From assembly GCA_016874035.1 (NCBI GenBank), contig VGVM01000002.1, forward strand, positions 22,509-86,508: a DNA stretch of 64,000 nucleotides, read 5' to 3'. Origin of the DNA: Gemmatimonadota bacterium. GTDB taxonomy: Bacteria > Gemmatimonadota > Gemmatimonadetes > Gemmatimonadales > Gemmatimonadaceae. Below are positions 31,301 through 40,582 of this stretch, in pieces. Position 1 is the stretch's first letter. Every line of letters starts with the position of its first letter. A model generated the notes under the pieces. The model was not told where the DNA came from, did not search any database, and saw only the letters and a program-made list of their open reading frames with translations. The position numbers were made by a program, and so were the translations under genes.

Positions 31301-34132
31301 CTATGCCTTGGCCGTCAGCCAGTTGGGACCGTGGCCGATATCAACGACCAGTGGCACGTCGAGCGAAATGGCGGTCGTCATTTCATGCTCAACCAGCGCG
31401 GTCAGGCGCTCCAGTTCCGGTGGGGGACACTCAAAGACAAGTTCGTCGTGCACCTGGAGCAGCATCCTGGCCTCGAGCTTGGCGTCGAGGATCGCGTGGT
31501 GCACGCGAATCATCACGACCTTGATCAGGTCGGCGGCCGAACCCTGGATCGGCGAGTTCTGCGACAGTCGTTCGCCAAACGCGCGAATATTGAAGTTTCG
31601 GTCGTTCAGTTCGGGGATGTAACGGCGACGGCCGAGGATGGTCTCGACGTAGCCGCGCTCGCGCGCTCCCGTAATCGCAGCGTCCAGATATGCCCGAATC
31701 CCCGCGAAGCGCACGAAATACTGCTCGATGAACGCCTTCGCCTCTGCGTACTCCACCTTGAGTTGTCGCGACAAGGCGTGCGCGCCTTGGCCGTAGATCG
31801 TGGCGAAGTTGATCGTCTTCGCCCTGGCGCGCATCTCGGACGACACGCTTTCCACCGGCACGCCGAAGATGATCGCCGCCGTCTGGCGATGGATGTCGCC
31901 GCCGGCACGAAACGCGGCGACAAACGCCGGATCGTGTGACAAGTGCGCGAGCAGTCGCAGCTCGATCTGCGAATAATCCGCCGTAACCAGCAGCCATCCA
32001 GATCGGGGAACAAAACCCTCCCGGATCGCCTTGCCCAGTTCGCGACGGATCGGGATGTTCTGGAGATTCGGGTCCGTGGACGCCAGCCGACCAGTCGCGG
32101 CGACTGCCTGTTGATACGACGTGTGAAGCCGCCCGGTCGTCGGGTGAACTTGCGCAGGCAGGGCGTCAATGTACGTCCCTTCCAGCTTTGCGAGCTCGCG
32201 GTACTCCATGATGAGGCCGGGAAGGACATGGCCTTCGTCGGCGAGTTGCTGGAGCACGGAGGCGTCGGTGCTGGGACCGGTGGTAGTCTTCTTTCGAACC
32301 GGAAGTTTCAGCTTCTCGAAAAGGATGCTGGCCAGTTGCTTGTTCGAGTTGATGTTGAACTCGACTCCGGCTTCAGCGTAGATCGCCTGCTCGGCGTCGG
32401 CGCGCTCGCGGGCGAACCGCTCCTTGAGCGATCGAAACCAGGGGAGGTTGATCGCGATTCCCGTCCACTCCATGTCGGCCAGCACGCCGACCAACGGCAA
32501 CTCCACCTCGGCCAGCAGGCGCTCCGCCGGCTGGTCGGCGAGCCGCGGCGCCAGCAACTCGCGTAGTTCGAGCGAAACGTCCGCGTCGGCGGCGGCGTAG
32601 TCGCGCGCCGCCTCGAGGGGGACTTGGTCGAACGACACCTGCTGCTTTCCCTTCCCGGTCACGGCATCGTACGCCGTCATTGGGCGCTGCAGGAACTCCA
32701 GCGCGAGGGCGTCGAGGGCATGCGATCGGCGGCCGGGGTCGAGCAGGTAACTGGCCAGCATCGAGTCGAACTTCACGCCGCGCAGGGCGATTCCTTCGCG
32801 GCGAAGGATCAACAGGTCGTACTTGATGTTGTGCCCGGTCTTCGCGACGGCTTCGGACTCCAGCAGCTCGCGTAGCGGTTTCATCTGTGGTGTTTCCAGG
32901 CCCGGCAGGTTGCGGATCGGCGGAGGCCCGGATTGTTCTGCGCTTTCGAGGGCCAGTTCGCCGTGCGCCTGCGGACCGTGGTGGCGAAACGGCAGGTACC
33001 ATGCGCGACCGGGGGCGGTCGCGATGGACATCCCAACGAGTCGAGACCAGACCGGGTTGACGATCGGCGGCGCACCTGGGTCGAGCCGGGTTTCGGTGTC
33101 GACGGCAATCCACCTGCAGGCGTGCGCCTCCCGCACGATCGCCTCCACCTGCTCCACGGTATCGGCGACTTCGTACGTGTGCGCTGGCACGGATGGCGCT
33201 GCGCCCTGCGGACCGGTGGCCGTCGCACCTGCCTTCTGGGCCGCCTCCTGTGCGTGAGCCCCAAACTCGAGCGTGACAAACAAATCCCGGAGCGTCGCCC
33301 AGTCCCGCTCGCGCGACGCAAGTGCCGGCAGGTCGAGCGGCATGTCGAGGTCCGTTCGAATCGTGACGAGCTCCTTGGAGAGCACGCCTTCTGCGGCGTG
33401 CTCTCGGAGCGCGTTGCGCGCACGAGTCGGTTCGACCGCATCCACGTGGGCGAGGATCTCCTCGAGCGGCCCCCACGCCTCGATCAAGGCAATGGCCGTC
33501 TTGTCGCCGATTCCCTTGACGCCGGGAACGTTGTCAGACGAGTCGCCGAGCAGGGCGAGGTAGTCCACGACTCGCTCCGGGCGCACGCCAAGCCGCTCGC
33601 TGGCGTTCGACTCGTCGTACCACTTCTCCGTCGTGCGCCCGGGCCGGCCGTGCCAAGGGTTGAGGATTCGCACGTGCGGCTGGACCAATTGCACAAAGTC
33701 CTTATCACCGGAAACGATGATGGTATCCACGCCGGCCGTCGCTGCCTGTCTCGCCAGCGTGCCAATGACGTCGTCGGCTTCGAAGCCGTCCAAGCTGAGC
33801 GCGGGGATGTGACATGCGGAGAGCAGCTCGGCCACGCGGGCGACGCCGCTGTCAAAGTCCGCCTGCTGTTCTGGTTCGAGTCGCTCGCGCGTGGCCTTGT
33901 ACTCGGGATAGCGCTTGTGGCGGAACGACATGCCCGCGTCATTCACCCACGCGAGATACTCCGGCTGGTGCTTCTCGATCAGCCGTTTGAGGAAATCGTA
34001 GGTGCCGCGCGCGATCGCGGTGTTCTCGCCCTTGCTGCTGAGCAGCCGCTGGTCCCCGAGCGCAAAGAACGCGCGAAAAATCAGCGCGTAGCCATCAATC
34101 AGGAAGAGCCGCGGCCGCGAAGCGCCGCTCAT
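31301..34132 (-). CDS. polA: DNA polymerase I
   Basis: 943 aa. The 5' nuclease begins LFLIDGYALIFRAFFAL, a 3'-5' exonuclease-like middle follows, and the pol domain has motifs A/B/C (...DYSQIELR...RRxAKxxNFGxxYG...QVHDE). Confidence 0.97.
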   Translation of the reverse strand: MSGASRPRLFLIDGYALIFRAFFALGDQRLLSSKGENTAIARGTYDFLKRLIEKHQPEYLAWVNDAGMSFRHKRYPEYKATRERLEPEQQADFDSGVARVAELLSACHIPALSLDGFEADDVIGTLARQAATAGVDTIIVSGDKDFVQLVQPHVRILNPWHGRPGRTTEKWYDESNASERLGVRPERVVDYLALLGDSSDNVPGVKGIGDKTAIALIEAWGPLEEILAHVDAVEPTRARNALREHAAEGVLSKELVTIRTDLDMPLDLPALASRERDWATLRDLFVTLEFGAHAQEAAQKAGATATGPQGAAPSVPAHTYEVADTVEQVEAIVREAHACRWIAVDTETRLDPGAPPIVNPVWSRLVGMSIATAPGRAWYLPFRHHGPQAHGELALESAEQSGPPPIRNLPGLETPQMKPLRELLESEAVAKTGHNIKYDLLILRREGIALRGVKFDSMLASYLLDPGRRSHALDALALEFLQRPMTAYDAVTGKGKQQVSFDQVPLEAARDYAAADADVSLELRELLAPRLADQPAERLLAEVELPLVGVLADMEWTGIAINLPWFRSLKERFARERADAEQAIYAEAGVEFNINSNKQLASILFEKLKLPVRKKTTTGPSTDASVLQQLADEGHVLPGLIMEYRELAKLEGTYIDALPAQVHPTTGRLHTSYQQAVAATGRLASTDPNLQNIPIRRELGKAIREGFVPRSGWLLVTADYSQIELRLLAHLSHDPAFVAAFRAGGDIHRQTAAIIFGVPVESVSSEMRARAKTINFATIYGQGAHALSRQLKVEYAEAKAFIEQYFVRFAGIRAYLDAAITGARERGYVETILGRRRYIPELNDRNFNIRAFGERLSQNSPIQGSAADLIKVVMIRVHHAILDAKLEARMLLQVHDELVFECPPPELERLTALVEHEMTTAISLDVPLVVDIGHGPNWLTAKA

Positions 34133-34160
34133 TCCGCTCGCGCCCGCTGCCGTTCGGCGC

Positions 34161-35582
34161 TCAGCGAACGCGCCGGCGCCATGCGTTCATGAAGTCCGTT
34201 TCGCTCACCGTCGTCAGGCGCCAGCGCCCGAACCCATTCTGGTCGTAGAACGTCAGGACCACGCTCTGGTTTCGATATTCCCAAAGCTGCGTGCGGCCCT
34301 GCTGGCTCAGCGCCCGGCTGGGCTGTTCGTACACTTGATCCGGACGACCCAGGCCAAGGAGCACCCGACCGCGATCCGTCTGCCAGCCCGGCATTGTCTC
34401 TTCCCGAAACCGGTTGTTCGCCTCCAGCATCCGCGCGAAGTACTCCCGAAGCGCGTCGTTGCCGCCGGTCATGGATGCGTAGTCCTTCACGAACGCGGCC
34501 CACGCGCCGGGTCGGTGCTCGGGAAGGGTATCGCGAAGTGCGTTGAGGCGATATCCGGGGGCGAACCACCGCAGGTAGTTGATCATCTCTTCGTACGACG
34601 CCAACGGGAGGTCGGCGCCAAAGCCGACAAAGAGGGGGGCCCGTACGGTGTCCGACCGACCGGGTCGCCATGCCGAAAGCGTCATTGCGCCGATCGCGAC
34701 GCGGTGCAGCGGCACTTCCACGGTGCCGACGTGCAATTGCCCGCGCACAGGCAGGGTGTTGCTATCGCGGTAGATCGGCCGGCCGGCATCGGTGCGGACC
34801 TCGAAGTGCACCGGCTCTTGACCACCGGATGCGCCATATGCTTCCAGCATAAACGGCACGACCGAATCGCGGCCAAATGTCGCGCTTGCGGTCGGGTTGA
34901 TGATCACCTGCGGGAGCGCGGCGAGGTTCCGCCGCATTCCCGCGCGCGCAAACGACACCGGCGTAGAAAGTCCCGTCTGTGCTACCGACGGGACGACCAG
35001 CGTGACGGCATCTTCGCTCTGTTTCGCGCTTCCGTCATCGCGGACGCCAACGGTGAAATCGTACCGGCCTGGCGAAACCGTCAGCACTTCCTCGAAAAGG
35101 ATGCTTTCGTCAATCCGGGTCGTTTCGCGAAAACTGGCCACCAGCACGCTCTCGTGCGCCTCGACCTGCTTGAGCTGCTGCGCCCCTGAGCGCAGTCCCA
35201 TGGTAATCGTGTACCCGGCACGGAACCGATCGCTCTCCCGCGCGAACGTGAGCGACGCATTGGACAAGGACACCGCAACCACGACGTGGGTAGAATCCGG
35301 CGTGTCGGAGGCAAAGAACGCGACCGTGCCAACGAAGGGCATCGGGGCGCCGCGGGCGATCAACCCGGCGCGCCGGAACACGTTGGACGCGTCGTAGTCG
35401 GGGCCCGAGGTGCTTCGCGGTCCACCGATGGGAGTTGGTGGCGCCGCTGGGCGCGGCGTACCGGCCCCCCCGCACGCTCCCGCCGAGAGCCAGAGCGAAG
35501 CCAGCGCAGCGGATCGGGCCCATGGGCGGCCCTGCGATCGCTGCCTTGGTATGGCGATGTTGTCTGCGTCGTGTTTCGTCAT
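34161..35582 (-). CDS. GWxTD domain-containing secreted protein
   Basis: Signal/lipobox LWLSAGAC is present. The C-terminal GWQTDRGRVLLGLGRPDQV matches the GWxTD signature. Confidence 0.8.
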   Translation of the reverse strand: MTKHDADNIAIPRQRSQGRPWARSAALASLWLSAGACGGAGTPRPAAPPTPIGGPRSTSGPDYDASNVFRRAGLIARGAPMPFVGTVAFFASDTPDSTHVVVAVSLSNASLTFARESDRFRAGYTITMGLRSGAQQLKQVEAHESVLVASFRETTRIDESILFEEVLTVSPGRYDFTVGVRDDGSAKQSEDAVTLVVPSVAQTGLSTPVSFARAGMRRNLAALPQVIINPTASATFGRDSVVPFMLEAYGASGGQEPVHFEVRTDAGRPIYRDSNTLPVRGQLHVGTVEVPLHRVAIGAMTLSAWRPGRSDTVRAPLFVGFGADLPLASYEEMINYLRWFAPGYRLNALRDTLPEHRPGAWAAFVKDYASMTGGNDALREYFARMLEANNRFREETMPGWQTDRGRVLLGLGRPDQVYEQPSRALSQQGRTQLWEYRNQSVVLTFYDQNGFGRWRLTTVSETDFMNAWRRRVR

Positions 35583-35693
35583 GCCCTGTCCTACCCGGTG
35601 ATCTACCTGTCGTTCACACGCTCGTGGCCTTGGCGCTTCGCTTGCTCGCGGCCTTACCGCACCTTAAGGTTCGCCCGCGTGTCGCGCGATCCA

Positions 35694-36599
35694 ATGACTG
35701 GGACAACGGTGGCCGGCTACTCTCTCGAGCAACGCGTCGGAGAGGGGGGCACGGCCATGGTATATCGGGCCACGCATGAACAGCACGGGACCGTGGCGCT
35801 CAAGCTGTTAAAGGATAAGCTACGGCAAGACCGTACGGCCGTCGCCCGCTTCCTGCGTGAAGCATCATACGGGACGCGGGTTCAGCACCCGAATGTGGTG
35901 CGCACGCTGGATCAGGGCCAGTCCACGGAAGGCCTGCATTACCTCGCGATCGAATGGGCCGCTGGCGAGTTGCTTGAAGGGTACGCGAAACGACATGCTC
36001 CGCTGCCGTGTGACGAGGTCGCCACCATCGTCCGGCAGATCGCCGACGCCGTCCAGGCCGCGCATGCGACGGGGATCGTGCATCGTGACCTCAAGCCGGA
36101 AAACCTCATGTACGATCCGGCAACGCGTCACATCAAGCTGCTCGACTTTGGAATCGCGACGGCGACCGATGTGCCGCAGGATGAGCGCCTGACGAAGGCC
36201 GGGTTCTTCGTCGGGACGCTGATGTATGTGGCGCCCGAAGCGCTGAGCGGCGCGATCGTGACAGCGGCGGCTGACCAATACAGCCTGGCATGCATCGCCT
36301 ATCAACTGCTCACCGGTACACTCCCGTACGCGGCCAAGTCTCCGCGTGAGATGTTCACGCAGCTGCTGTCGCAGCCGCCTATCATGCTGAACAAGGCGAA
36401 ACCGGGATTGCAGTACGGCAGTGGTGTGGAGGCGACGGTGATGCGCGGGCTCGCAAAGGACCCTGCCGCCCGCTACGCGTCCGTGGTGGAGTTTGCCGCC
36501 GCGCTTGCCGATGTTCTCGCCGGCGAAGGCAAGCCAGCCACCGGCGGGGACGCTGGGCTACTTGGGCGGATGAAGGGCCTGTTCCGAAGCAAGGGCTGA
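35694..36599 (+). CDS. serine/threonine protein kinase (kinase domain only)
   Basis: Motifs present are GEGGTAMVYRA...VALK, HRDLKPENLMY, DFGIA and APE. The ATG at 35694 was verified. The ORF-track start at 35286 was rejected. Confidence 0.9.
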   Translation: MTGTTVAGYSLEQRVGEGGTAMVYRATHEQHGTVALKLLKDKLRQDRTAVARFLREASYGTRVQHPNVVRTLDQGQSTEGLHYLAIEWAAGELLEGYAKRHAPLPCDEVATIVRQIADAVQAAHATGIVHRDLKPENLMYDPATRHIKLLDFGIATATDVPQDERLTKAGFFVGTLMYVAPEALSGAIVTAAADQYSLACIAYQLLTGTLPYAAKSPREMFTQLLSQPPIMLNKAKPGLQYGSGVEATVMRGLAKDPAARYASVVEFAAALADVLAGEGKPATGGDAGLLGRMKGLFRSKG

Positions 36600-36607
36600 G
36601 CGCGGCC

Positions 36608-37630
36608 TCATACGGCTGGACCTCCGTCAACCGGCAGCCATACCGTAAACGTAGAGCCCTTTCCCTCGGCGCTCTCGAGGGTGACGTCGCCACTCAAGAG
36701 CCGGGCGAGACGTCGAGAGATCGCCAGCCCAAGACCGGTGCCGCGATGCTCTGAATCTCCGCGAGATCCCGCGTTTACCTGTTCGAACTCCTCAAAGATC
36801 CGCTCGGCGTCCGCTGGTGCAATGCCGATGCCCGTGTCTTGGACGTGCAGCGCCACCCAGCTTCCGCGCGCACCGAGCATCGGCCGACGGCGCATCGTCG
36901 CCGTCACCCTGGCGACATCGGCTTCGGCCAGCATTACCGCCCGGATCGCCACGCCACCGCGTGGCGTGAACTTGATCGCATTGCCGATCAGGTTCACGAG
37001 AATCCGCCGCAGGTGCGACACGTCTGTTACGATCGTCGGCAGTGTTGCCGGCACGCTGATCGTGAACGAGAGCCCGTGCTGAGCGGCCAGCGGTTCCATC
37101 TCGGACGCTACGTCGATCACGAATGGCCGTAGCCGGACGGGTTCGGCGTTGACGTCCAGGCGCCCAGCGGCCATGCGCGCAAGGTCGAGGATCTGTTCCA
37201 CCATGTCGTGCAGGTGCTTCGCGGACGACTCGATCCGCTCCACCGGTCCCTTCTGCCGTGCGGTCAGTGCCCCGTAGGATCCGTCGTGCAGCAGATCCAC
37301 GAACCCCACGATTGCCGCGAGCGGCGTTCGCAGCTCGTGGGAAGCGCTGGCGAGGAACTCCGCCTTCGCCCGATTGGCCCTATAGAGCTGGGCGGAAAGT
37401 TCCTCGAGGTCGCGGGAGCGCTCCGCGTTCCGCCGCGCCCGCCTGCGCCCAATCACGACCGCCGCGGCAAGGGCGAACATGGTCGCGCCGGTGATCAGCC
37501 AAAGCGCCATGCGAATGGTCGTCGCTCCTGTGGCGGCGACCGCGCGGTCGGCGACCACGGTTGCTGCCGCCATGCCGACCACGGACGCGCCAAGCGCAAT
37601 CGTGGATCCGTCGGGTCTCCGCAAGGCCAT
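36608..37630 (-). CDS. sensor histidine kinase
   Basis: The N-terminus has TM segments. The H-box is SHELRTPLAAIVGF. The HATPase N/G boxes are LIGNAIKFTP, DTGIGI and GTGLGLAI. Confidence 0.9.
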   Translation of the reverse strand: MALRRPDGSTIALGASVVGMAAATVVADRAVAATGATTIRMALWLITGATMFALAAAVVIGRRRARRNAERSRDLEELSAQLYRANRAKAEFLASASHELRTPLAAIVGFVDLLHDGSYGALTARQKGPVERIESSAKHLHDMVEQILDLARMAAGRLDVNAEPVRLRPFVIDVASEMEPLAAQHGLSFTISVPATLPTIVTDVSHLRRILVNLIGNAIKFTPRGGVAIRAVMLAEADVARVTATMRRRPMLGARGSWVALHVQDTGIGIAPADAERIFEEFEQVNAGSRGDSEHRGTGLGLAISRRLARLLSGDVTLESAEGKGSTFTVWLPVDGGPAV

Positions 37631-37708
37631 GCGTGATCGGCAGCGGTGCGAGCTACGCGATGTCTTGGCGCATTGACGGAAAAACTACCACCCCGTAACG
37701 TCCGCGAC

Positions 37709-38281
37709 GTGACTCACAATTCCACGTTGCTGGCCATGCTCGCCGAACGTTCGGTACGGCGCGGCAATTTCACGCTCGCTTCGGGCCGACAGTCCAGCGT
37801 CTATGTGGACGCGCGAATGACGACCATGAGCCCGGATGGGCTCGCGGCGATCGGACCGCTCGCCCTCGACGTACTGGCCGACGCCGGGCTTGCACCGGAC
37901 TCTGTCGGTGGTCTCACGCTGGGCGCCGATCCGGTTTCGTACGCGATCGCGTGCGCCAGTGTGGCGCGCGGATCGCTCGTTCGCGCCTTCACCGTTCGCA
38001 AGGAGGCGAAGGCGCACGGAACGGGACGTCTCATCGAGGGGCCGTTTCGGTCCGGCGATCGCGTCGTCGTCATTGAGGATGTCATTACCACGGGCGGGTC
38101 CGCGCTGCGCGCGATTCGCGCCGTGCGCGAGGCCGGAGGAACCGTCATTGGTGTGCTCGCGGTCGTTGACCGTGAAGAGGGCGGAACCGAAGCCATCGCG
38201 GAGGTCGGCGTGCCTGTGCTCCGCCTCGCCTGCGTCTCAGAGGTGCTGGCGGTGGCAGACACCCAGGCCGCCCGCGGCTGA
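37709..38281 (+). CDS. pyrE: orotate phosphoribosyltransferase
   Basis: The product shows ...LLAMLAERSVRRGNFTLASGRQSSVYVDAR... and the PRPP motif VVVIEDVITTGGS. The start is GTG 37709 or ATG 37736. Confidence 0.9.
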   Translation: MTHNSTLLAMLAERSVRRGNFTLASGRQSSVYVDARMTTMSPDGLAAIGPLALDVLADAGLAPDSVGGLTLGADPVSYAIACASVARGSLVRAFTVRKEAKAHGTGRLIEGPFRSGDRVVVIEDVITTGGSALRAIRAVREAGGTVIGVLAVVDREEGGTEAIAEVGVPVLRLACVSEVLAVADTQAARG

Positions 38282-38333
38282 CGCCACGACGCGCGAGAAC
38301 GCGCGCGAACGCAGACCGGCGCGGTTCCTGTGT

Positions 38334-39290
38334 TCACGCCGCTTCGGAGGACACGCCGTGCCACCGGCGCGCCCGAAGCTGGAGGGGGGCGAGAGTCTTC
38401 AGCGTCGCCGCGAATGGCGTGATCATCCGCGCGCGGAACTCGTCCAACATCCGCGCACTTCCATACCTCGCGCGAAACTCGCCGGCGCAGACGCCCAGGT
38501 AGTTCCGCGTGTGTCGGCTGAAGCTCTGCGCGGAGGAGTGATTGAGGTGCGCCGCAACGTCTGAGACGGACATTCCCGGATTCTCCAGCAGCCGTGCGGC
38601 GCGCAACAGCCCGGCAAACGCAACGTATCGCTTGGGCGCGGGAAGGCCGGCGCGGTAGAACCGACTCATCAAGGTGCTCGACCGGACGCCCAGGTCTCGC
38701 GCGAGCACGGCGACAGACTTCGGGCCACACGATCCGCTGAACAGGTATTCGAAGAACTTCAGCATGTCCGGCGACGCTCCGTGGAGGTCGGCATGGACAC
38801 GGGCGATGGCTTCGGCATCGTTCTCCCTGACCGCATCGGATGCAAGCGTCGTCCTGAGCGTCGCCCAGCCCGCGGGCGCCCGAACGTCAACCACCCGCCG
38901 CACACCGCAGCTCCCGAGTGCCAATAGTCGGTCTGGTTGTGCATCGGCGTGGCGGTTGAGGAGCACCAGGGCGGGGATTCCGGGAAACTCCCGCACAACT
39001 CGCGTTGTCTCGATCAGGTCGCCGTCCCTGCACCGGGTGGATGAGACGAGCAGTGCGCTCATCCGTCGCTTGCGCAGGTCGTCGTGTACCTGCTCGAGCG
39101 ATTCCCGGTGAACGGTACGAAAGAATCCTTCACCGGCTCGATCGATTTCCTTCCGCTCGCCCGGTTCCACGACGGTGACAACCGGCGCAACCCTCGCTGA
39201 CGCTGCCGGTGCCTGGCGGCCGATCGGTGGCACGAACTGCATGGTTCGCTCCTCGTTGAGGTCGAACCCAGGTTCGGTCCGCGCGGTCAC
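38334..39290 (-). CDS. AraC-family transcriptional regulator with N-terminal receiver-like domain
   Basis: The C-terminal double HTH is (SVAVLARDLGVRSSTLMSRFYRAGL...SVSDVAAHLNHSSAQSFSRHTRNYLGVCAGEFR). The N-terminal region resembles a REC fold, but the usual phospho-acceptor position reads LLVSS. Confidence 0.75.
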   Translation of the reverse strand: MTARTEPGFDLNEERTMQFVPPIGRQAPAASARVAPVVTVVEPGERKEIDRAGEGFFRTVHRESLEQVHDDLRKRRMSALLVSSTRCRDGDLIETTRVVREFPGIPALVLLNRHADAQPDRLLALGSCGVRRVVDVRAPAGWATLRTTLASDAVRENDAEAIARVHADLHGASPDMLKFFEYLFSGSCGPKSVAVLARDLGVRSSTLMSRFYRAGLPAPKRYVAFAGLLRAARLLENPGMSVSDVAAHLNHSSAQSFSRHTRNYLGVCAGEFRARYGSARMLDEFRARMITPFAATLKTLAPLQLRARRWHGVSSEAA

Positions 39291-39369
39291 GGGTGCGTCA
39301 CCGTCCAGATCGCGGCGCCAAGGATACCCGTCACCGCGCCATCAATCCCGAAACGTTACATTACACGGC

Positions 39370-39743
39370 GAGTCCCCCAGCCGGACGGTCGCGTGACCCA
39401 CGCGGTCCCGAGGAAAGTCCGGGCTCCATGGACAAGCTGCCAGGTAACCCCTGGGCACCGCTGGCTCATACGGTGACGGAAAGTGCCACAGAGAACAGAC
39501 CGCCCCGCGCAAGTGAGGGTAAGGGTGAAACGGTGGGGTAAGAGCCCACCGCATTTGTGGCGACACGAATGGCACGGCAAACCCCAGCTGGAGCAAGGCC
39601 AAATAGGCGGCGAGAAGCAGTCCTCTTCGACAAACACGCCGCGGGTTGGCTGCTGGAGGGTACGGGTGACCGTACCCCGAGAGAAATGACCGTCCGGAGT
39701 GTTTCACTCCGACAGAACCCGGCTTACAGGCTGGGGGGCTCAC
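39370..39743 (+). ncRNA. rnpB: RNase P RNA, bacterial class A
   Basis: The universally conserved P4 strands GAGGAAAGTCCGGGCTCC and ACAGAACCCGGCTTA are present. The terminal P1 helix is GAGTCCCCCAGCC / GGCTGGGGGGCTC. The length of about 374 nt is typical. Ends are +/- a few nt. Confidence 0.93.
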
Positions 39744-40582
39744 TCCTTCTCCTCAGCGCAGCGCTCGCGCTGGCCGCGTGCGCACCGCGCGTGCCGCAGC
39801 AAACGCTGCCAGAGCGACAACCGGACGCGCGCGGTAATGTGCCGACGGAGATCAAGACCAGCTGGCTTTCGCGTCGCTCGAACCTCGCGTTTGACCTCGA
39901 CGTATCGCAACGTGCGGTAGTCGTGGTCCGTCTCGATTCCACGACAACGCAGGATTCCTCGCGAATCGACCTGCGCGCGTCCGTTCGGCATACGGATGCC
40001 GGATGGGCGGGCCTGCTCCAGCGTGCGGTCGCGTCGTCAGGGGACGCAGTCACCTCTCCCGTCGCGGTCCGAGCCGTGCGCGGTCCGGATGGTAGCCAGG
40101 TACAGGTTCGTGTGGTTGGTACGCCGACAAATGCGTGTGACAGATCGGTGGTCGTGGCGGCGGCGTTGCTCTCTGACGTCCTGTTCTCCCTCCCGGATAC
40201 GGTTCGCGTCGGCACCGTATGGGCGGATTCCGCACGCTACCGAATCTGTAGGGCCGGAACGTCGTATGACGTCGAGAGTGTCCGGCGGTACCGGATCGGT
40301 GGTGTGGCTGATCGCACCACGCCTGATTCCGCCCTTCTTGTCACTGTTGACCGCCGTGCTTCGGTGCGGCTGTCGGGCCTGGCCGTCAGGGGACCGGACA
40401 CCACGCGCGCCGAGGGCGAGGGATCCTCAACGGCCACCTTCGAGGTTGATGCGCTCCGGGGCGCCGTGGTTCGCGGGGAAGGCCGGTCTCAGCTGAGCCT
40501 TCGTGTCTTCAGCGGCTCACGGATACAGCACGCAACTCAGTCGGCTCAGCTCACGGTCTCTGTGCCGGCCTCGCGCCCTTAA
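39686..40582 (+). CDS. hypothetical lipoprotein
   Basis: Lipobox LLLLSAALALAAC is present. The first in-frame ATG (39686) lies inside the rnpB 3' region, so the real start may be a downstream non-ATG codon. No family was recognised. Confidence 0.6.
   Translation: MTVRSVSLRQNPAYRLGGSLLLLSAALALAACAPRVPQQTLPERQPDARGNVPTEIKTSWLSRRSNLAFDLDVSQRAVVVVRLDSTTTQDSSRIDLRASVRHTDAGWAGLLQRAVASSGDAVTSPVAVRAVRGPDGSQVQVRVVGTPTNACDRSVVVAAALLSDVLFSLPDTVRVGTVWADSARYRICRAGTSYDVESVRRYRIGGVADRTTPDSALLVTVDRRASVRLSGLAVRGPDTTRAEGEGSSTATFEVDALRGAVVRGEGRSQLSLRVFSGSRIQHATQSAQLTVSVPASRP

Noticed and set aside
39293-39743. ORF-track entries 39293-39541(+), 39342-39743(-) and 39356-39637(-)
   Set aside because: They coincide with the RNase P RNA gene, so the open frames are incidental to a structured RNA.
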